64,000 bases of DNA from a virus. Taxonomy: Duplodnaviria; Caudoviricetes. The notes below the pieces were generated by a model, which saw only the letters and a program-made list of their open reading frames with translations, was not told where the DNA came from and ran no database searches. A program made the translations under genes and the position numbers. The stretch spans positions 128,001-192,000 of the IMG/VR virus record IMGVR_UViG_3300013121_000027, one strand, 5' to 3'. Of the stretch, positions 58,850 to 64,000 are shown piece by piece (within the stretch, counting starts at the first letter, position 1; each line of letters opens with the position of its first letter).

Positions 58850-61837
58850 TCAACTTAAAACGATGGGTTTATTCTTATCTAGAATTTCCGTAGAAGAAAC
58901 ACTTTCTTTTTTACTTGGTAGTAAAATAAGAGAGTTTGCCAAAACCTTTTTTTCATTATTATCTAAAGATAAAGATCCAAGAAGTTCTTTATTATTAATA
59001 TTTAGTATTTCATTTCCAGAAAGAATATCAAAATCGTTTCTTATTAAAGATGTATAGCTTTCAATTACAGGATTTATTACATCTGCAAACGGGAACGTAG
59101 CTAAAGCGGTAATTACGCCCAGGGTATCCGACGCTCCAATAAACTCAAAATCATGACCAACTATAGTTATAATTTCGCCTATTGATATTACATTAGAGCT
59201 ACTTATGAAATAAATTTCTTTTTCAAATGTAGCAAATCCAGATGTATTATTGGTACTTGAGAAAATAGAAACCTTATTTACTGAAAATACCGAAGTTGCT
59301 TCTGTATCGGTTGAGCTACTTAGGGTTGCTACGTGCTCTACTACGAAATGGATATTTCCGTTTGTATTCGATACCCCGTTTGCTGCCTCAACAGTGAACC
59401 CTATAGCGAAGGACGCCACGCCAGAGGAAATACTTACCCCCGTAATCGTTACTGGGTGATTAACCGTGGCGCTTAGGGCGGCTGAGGTAGTACTCGATCC
59501 GGTTAGAGTCGATGGGATCTGGGCGGTGAATGATGCGAAACCGGATGAAGTAGAGTTTCCGCTGGCAGAAAATGCTATTGGACGGACAAAAGAAGCTGAT
59601 CCAGTCGACGCAGAAACGCCAGATATGGTTACAGAATGCTCGACCCCAAACGTAGCAGTGGCTGTAGTGCTGCTTGTTCCACTTGGATATATCAAAACGA
59701 CCGGAACAATAGACGTAGCGCCAGAGGTCGTACCGCTTCCGGAAGCGGTGAAAGAATGCTCTACAATTACGGATATATTAGATGAGGTATTCGAATTACC
59801 TGAAGCAGAAAGGCTACGATTAACGGTAGCCGATACACTACCAGAGCTTGTAGAAATACCGTCAGCGCTAAACGATACTTCCCCAAATCCACCAACGACA
59901 TCAAAAATTGCCGACCCAGAAGTTGTAGAAGAACCAGCCACGGTTATAGGATGGTCAACTATAATTGAAGCTGTTGCGGAAGAAGTAGATGCGCCAGATA
60001 AACTTGCTAAAATGGAACATATAACTGAAGCAGTGCCAGAAGTATTACTGGAACCAATAGCTGTGAAGCTTACGTTAGGAATAAATGTAACAGTCGAGGA
60101 AACATTACTTATACCAGCGACTACAACAACATGTTCTACTGTGATAGCGCCATTGGATGTAATTATCTGATTTCCAGATTCATCCGTTCTATAATCGCCA
60201 TCTTCATCTATTCTTTCAACGATTCCGGCATCACCGTAGGTCGGACTTGTGCCGACGAATGAAACAGCCCCACCACTTGCTACCGTAGATGTTGCACTTC
60301 CGGATGTTGTACTTGATCCAGCTAAAACAGCTGGGTGATCTAAGGTAAATGTTGATACACCAGAGGTTGATACCGATCCAGCAGAAACAAATGGGTGATC
60401 AACTATGAGGGTAACAATTCCAGATGTTGTACTTATACCAGAAACAGTTACGGGATGATTGACTCCAAAATCTACAGATCCAGAAGAGCTTGAATTTCCA
60501 GATGTTGTAACTATGTGCTCAACTACAAATCCTACGTTACCAGAGGAAGTACTTGTTCCGTCCGGATATATAAGGACTATTGGAATAACCGAGGCGGCAC
60601 CGGTGGTATTACTTGTTCCGCTACTAGTAAATGATGTATCTCTTATAAAAATAGATGAACCAGATGACGCAATTGAACCACTTGACATCGTAACTGGATG
60701 ATTGACGCCAATCGTTATTGCACCAGAAGTGGTAGATAATCCATTTGCCACCAAAGTAATATTAGGCGTAACTGTAAAGGTAGCAGTTCCAGTAGTCGAA
60801 ATCGTTTGACTAAATGTAGCTGGATGCTCAACTATAATATTTGCGACTGAAGCTACATTGGTGTTAGATGTCCCGGAAAAAACAGCTGCCGTATTTCTTA
60901 TAAAGGTCGCTGTACCAGTAACTGCCACATTAGACGTCGCTGTAATTGGATGATTTACTCCAAAAGTCGCAGTTCCTGAAGTATTAGATGTGCTTGAGAA
61001 TATGGCTGGATGATTTGCTGTAAATAAGCCAGCCGCCGATGAGGATATAGAACTACTCGCTGTGAATGCAAGTGTAACCGTTATATTCGCTACACCACTA
61101 CTTGTCGCAACTCCAGAAGAAGTTACTATAATATTCTTTGTAAAAGTTGAAGCAGCAGATGATGTAGATGATCCGCTTAAAGTTAAAAGTACGATTGGGA
61201 TAATCGAAGCTACACCAGAAGATGTTGAAGTTCCACCGCCAGTAAATGCGGTATTCCTTACAAAAGTGGCAGATCCAACCGCAGATGCTACTCCAGAAGC
61301 CGTAACTACGTGATTTACGGTTATAAGTGAAATAGATCCAGATGAAGTGGATGATCCAGTTGCAGTAAATGACTTATCTGGCGCTATATTAGCAGAACCA
61401 GAAGTAGTTGAGGATCCACTACCCGAAACTACATGGTTAACTACCGAAGTTAATACCCCAGAAGTAGAGCTTGTTCCAGATGCGGAAAATGGAAGATTTG
61501 TTACAAAAGTCGCAATGCCAACAGCTGTAGACGATCCACTTACCGTAGCTGGATGATTGACAGTTATAAGCGAAACAGACCCAGACGACGTGCTACTTCC
61601 TGCAGCCGTGAAAGCTTTATCTGGAGCTATATTAGCTGTACCAGAAGACGTCGAGGTTCCAGTTGCAGTGACAACATGATTTACGGTTGCTGTAACCGTA
61701 CCAGAACTTGTGCTATCTCCAGAAGCAGTGACGATGTGATCAATGCTAAATGTACTGGTACCGGAAGATGTGGATGATCCAGCAGCCGTGAATGTAATAT
61801 TAGCGGATGATGCACCGAAGAGAATTAGTAGACTCAT
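58850..61837 (-). CDS. Ser/Thr/Gly-rich tandem-repeat fibre protein
   Basis: 995 aa built from about 40-45 units of 20-21 aa, consensus [FV]T[AV]SGxSxSSGxAxxxV[ND]H[PV]. Confidence 0.85.
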   Translation of the reverse strand: MSLLILFGASSANITFTAAGSSTSSGTSTFSIDHIVTASGDSTSSGTVTATVNHVVTATGTSTSSGTANIAPDKAFTAAGSSTSSGSVSLITVNHPATVSGSSTAVGIATFVTNLPFSASGTSSTSGVLTSVVNHVVSGSGSSTTSGSANIAPDKSFTATGSSTSSGSISLITVNHVVTASGVASAVGSATFVRNTAFTGGGTSTSSGVASIIPIVLLTLSGSSTSSAASTFTKNIIVTSSGVATSSGVANITVTLAFTASSSISSSAAGLFTANHPAIFSSTSNTSGTATFGVNHPITATSNVAVTGTATFIRNTAAVFSGTSNTNVASVANIIVEHPATFSQTISTTGTATFTVTPNITLVANGLSTTSGAITIGVNHPVTMSSGSIASSGSSIFIRDTSFTSSGTSNTTGAASVIPIVLIYPDGTSTSSGNVGFVVEHIVTTSGNSSSSGSVDFGVNHPVTVSGISTTSGIVTLIVDHPFVSAGSVSTSGVSTFTLDHPAVLAGSSTTSGSATSTVASGGAVSFVGTSPTYGDAGIVERIDEDGDYRTDESGNQIITSNGAITVEHVVVVAGISNVSSTVTFIPNVSFTAIGSSNTSGTASVICSILASLSGASTSSATASIIVDHPITVAGSSTTSGSAIFDVVGGFGEVSFSADGISTSSGSVSATVNRSLSASGNSNTSSNISVIVEHSFTASGSGTTSGATSIVPVVLIYPSGTSSTTATATFGVEHSVTISGVSASTGSASFVRPIAFSASGNSTSSGFASFTAQIPSTLTGSSTTSAALSATVNHPVTITGVSISSGVASFAIGFTVEAANGVSNTNGNIHFVVEHVATLSSSTDTEATSVFSVNKVSIFSSTNNTSGFATFEKEIYFISSSNVISIGEIITIVGHDFEFIGASDTLGVITALATFPFADVINPVIESYTSLIRNDFDILSGNEILNINNKELLGSLSLDNNEKKVLANSLILLPSKKESVSSTEILDKNKPIVLS
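59100..61795 (-). repeat. Degenerate ~60-63-nt coding tandem repeat array
   Basis: Protein-level periodicity; a 4-unit block (ANIAPDK.FTA.GSSTSSGS.SLITVNH) is duplicated at ~61555-61640 and ~61310-61395. Confidence 0.85.
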
Positions 61838-62655
61838 CTACGACTCACCATTGTACCCATTTCCCAGTTCATGGGAATTGTATTAGGGGCTCTGTTCTGA
61901 GACAAAACCGCACCGTTTATCGTTGAGATAGTCGGATTGCCAACAGTTAGGCTCGTCTGCGCCCATCGCCTTGTCCATGCTCCTCCGTAGTCAAGATGGA
62001 AAGTAGCAATCTCGAATGTCGCAGCATAACCAGCAGAGACAAGATTCTGGATATCAAATTTACCACACTGAGTTGGTAGAACAAGTTTCTCGTAAATAAG
62101 ATTTGATTCCCCGGGAAGAATGGTTCCAGCGGTAACAGTCGGGAGAATCCCACGTCCTGTTTGCGTACCAGCGTGAATAGCCAAGCAGTCGCCTATGTCT
62201 CCCTGAAAGGCAACCGTGCCAGTACCACGATTTCCGATAGTCATGGCGGTGCCAGCCGTGAAGTTGCCCGCAGGAGCTGTTGTTTGTGCCATCGTCGCAT
62301 TGCGCCACCCGCTCACGTCATCATAAACCCAGGCAACAACACTCAACTGAGGTCCTGTATTTCTGGTTGTGGAAAAAAGAGCGATAAAGTGCCACTTGTT
62401 CGTGGTGATCGCAGCAGTAGTAGATGTCCACACACCATTAGTGGTGGCGTTTGCCGTAGTCCACGTCAGTTCGCTCGTAGTTCCGGCTACACCAAGACCG
62501 ATTGTATTCCCGCAGGATAGATAGTATCTTCCGGTTGTTAGTGTAGTTGGATAGAACCATCCTGCGTGAAACGATTGGGCATTGTTGCCATTCGCGCCGG
62601 CTGCCATACCAAGGTTGATGTCATCCGCGGTGTTACCCCCAAACGTGTATGCCAT
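61834..62655 (-). CDS. LamG/concanavalin-A-like lectin-domain protein
   Basis: AGWFYP, NKWHFIAL, MTIGNR, FQGDIGD; RBS GGAGGAG. Confidence 0.7.
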   Translation of the reverse strand: MAYTFGGNTADDINLGMAAGANGNNAQSFHAGWFYPTTLTTGRYYLSCGNTIGLGVAGTTSELTWTTANATTNGVWTSTTAAITTNKWHFIALFSTTRNTGPQLSVVAWVYDDVSGWRNATMAQTTAPAGNFTAGTAMTIGNRGTGTVAFQGDIGDCLAIHAGTQTGRGILPTVTAGTILPGESNLIYEKLVLPTQCGKFDIQNLVSAGYAATFEIATFHLDYGGAWTRRWAQTSLTVGNPTISTINGAVLSQNRAPNTIPMNWEMGTMVSRR

Positions 62656-62661
62656 ATTGGT

Positions 62662-62958
62662 TCACTCCTCCCAAGTTGCTACCGGACTCTCATCAAGTGC
62701 TGTAGGCAATAGGACTTCCACTTCTTCGACGGACAACCCCCCCTCTTCAGGGCGGCGGCGTTCGGTTGCGGTTAAATCTGGCCAGACAATCCGACACCTA
62801 CATATTTCCCCATTTTCTTCCCATTCGATTATTGCTCCGACCGGAGCCTTCTTGATCGGGGCATCATCCTGCGTCTGCCACGCTTCCAGTACGGTCGCGG
62901 GATGTCCACGCCAATCAATAACTTGTCCTATTTCAAGAGTATCGCCACGAATATCCAT
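62662..62958 (-). CDS. Hypothetical protein (98 aa)
   Basis: True start MDIRG at 62958 via a TGATG overlap with the upstream gene. Confidence 0.65.
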   Translation of the reverse strand: MDIRGDTLEIGQVIDWRGHPATVLEAWQTQDDAPIKKAPVGAIIEWEENGEICRCRIVWPDLTATERRRPEEGGLSVEEVEVLLPTALDESPVATWEE

Positions 62959-63758
62959 CAGTTGCGCTCCACATATATAATAAGTTGTATGTCGGTTGCC
63001 GCGGCGAATGGAGTTGCGGCAATGGCACCACGGGTGATGATCCCGGCGTACAGCGACGTTCCACCCGAGCAAACGTAGGGGATCGCCAGGTTGAATGCTT
63101 GGGCGATACGGTTGTTGCCGATGTCGAATGCGCCCGCTAACTGCACCAGACCGACAATCTTCAAGGCGTCCGCGTCAGAAATGGCATAGGCAGCATTATC
63201 CGCCGCGAGGGTGATAGACGAGTCAGTAAACACCACATCCATTGTGCCGATAGTGTCCGCAGCCGAAATAACCTGCACCCCAGTGATAACCCCAGACCCA
63301 CCCGAGGCACGAGAAGCCCCAGCAATAGTAAACTGGTTACCGACTTGATCGCCAGCTGTATACGCCGTCGCCGTGGTGGTTAGACCACCGGATTGCACGG
63401 ACACGCGGACCAACTCACGATGAGCCATAACACGCTGTTCGCCGGTGGATGTCGTTGACATAGCGGAATAATCTCCGTCAGTCCCCGCCCCAGTGTAGTT
63501 ACGCACACCAAGAAGCAACACCCCAGTATCTCCATCGGTATGGGCGGCGTCTTCAGCCTTGCCGAGCGCCGTAGCTGTGACGCCAGGGACAACCCTTGTC
63601 ACATCAACGTCCAAACCGTTGGTCGCATCTCCACCGATTGCACCGGTGCCATCGAGAGTACCATCAACTAACTTAACACGTTGATAATGAACACCCGATA
63701 CATCATCAGTGGCGACAGTAGTGCCAGATCCGGCGGTAATAGCTACATTGTCAGCCAT
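62958..63758 (-). CDS. Putative virion accessory/fibre protein
   Basis: MADNVAITAGSGTTVATDD..GVHYQRVKL N-terminus; Ala/Gly/Thr-rich, beta-sandwich-like C-terminus. Confidence 0.7.
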   Translation of the reverse strand: MADNVAITAGSGTTVATDDVSGVHYQRVKLVDGTLDGTGAIGGDATNGLDVDVTRVVPGVTATALGKAEDAAHTDGDTGVLLLGVRNYTGAGTDGDYSAMSTTSTGEQRVMAHRELVRVSVQSGGLTTTATAYTAGDQVGNQFTIAGASRASGGSGVITGVQVISAADTIGTMDVVFTDSSITLAADNAAYAISDADALKIVGLVQLAGAFDIGNNRIAQAFNLAIPYVCSGGTSLYAGIITRGAIAATPFAAATDIQLIIYVERN

Positions 63759-63773
63759 ATCGGCTCACCCCAA

Positions 63774-64000
63774 TCAGGAGGCTACGCCGATAGTTAGTGT
63801 GATAGCTGAGATAGCGGCGGTATATGTATCTCCTGCTGTATAGGCGTTAGCTGTGATCGTTCCACTGAAACAAAATGTACCAGTACCATCTGTGTCAGCT
63901 CCTGCACCTCTCCAAAGAGAGAAGTGTGTCGCATCTTGCGAACCAGCGATGTTTGTCCATTGTACTTGAGCAGAGTTAGTCATTGAGCCACCTGAAGCCG
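63774..64000 (-). CDS. Small structural (fibre/collar-type) protein, 5'-truncated by window edge
   Basis: Frame is open to the window end (ASGGSMTNS...); THFSLW...GTF.FSG...AGDT pattern. Confidence 0.6.
   Translation of the reverse strand, partial: ASGGSMTNSAQVQWTNIAGSQDATHFSLWRGAGADTDGTGTFCFSGTITANAYTAGDTYTAAISAITLTIGVAS

Noticed and set aside
590-62980. Numerous plus-strand ORFs and nested minus-strand alternative-frame ORFs in the track
   Set aside because: They are antisense or out-of-frame shadows of long, motif-bearing minus-strand genes, with no RBS or recognisable motifs
62959-63072. N-terminal extension of ORF 62662-63072
   Set aside because: It lies within the upstream gene; the TGATG coupling indicates a start at 62958
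1-64000. CRISPR array, tRNA/rRNA genes, diversity-generating retroelement, integrase or transposase
   Set aside because: No repeat-spacer array, cloverleaf, reverse transcriptase, TR/VR pair or recombinase motif was visible by eye; intergenic space is minimal

Overview
A 64 kb segment of a large, AT-rich (roughly 35-38% GC by eye) tailed-phage genome, with all credible genes on the minus strand in standard genetic code. Read in transcription order (64000->1), it contains: (i) a GC-richer accessory fibre/lectin cassette and a ~20-aa-repeat fibre; (ii) neck and tail-completion genes, two tail-sheath paralogs and three tail-tube paralogs (contractile, myovirus-type tail), one tube gene split by a compact group I intron carrying a LAGLIDADG homing endonuclease; (iii) two chaperone-like genes, a tape-measure-like giant, a 1470-aa protein carrying the ordered motif set of single-subunit two-barrel (YonO/QDE-1-like) RNA polymerases with an apparently permuted, non-canonical DLDD active site, and a 2767-aa baseplate hub ending in a thermonuclease-like domain; (iv) a tail lysin, spike, gp25-like and baseplate-J genes, large baseplate/receptor-binding proteins and a five-gene paralog cluster; (v) a sigma70-promoter-driven metabolic block (class II RNR nrdJ, thyX, small acidic proteins) ending in a truncated GT2 glycosyltransferase missing from the ORF track. 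The two most notable signals are the putative virion-borne RNA polymerase and a strong enrichment of an Ala-Thr-Pro tripeptide in structural proteins (17 copies in one baseplate protein), which may be a glycosylation sequon. All protein calls come from motif recognition by eye; no database searches were run.
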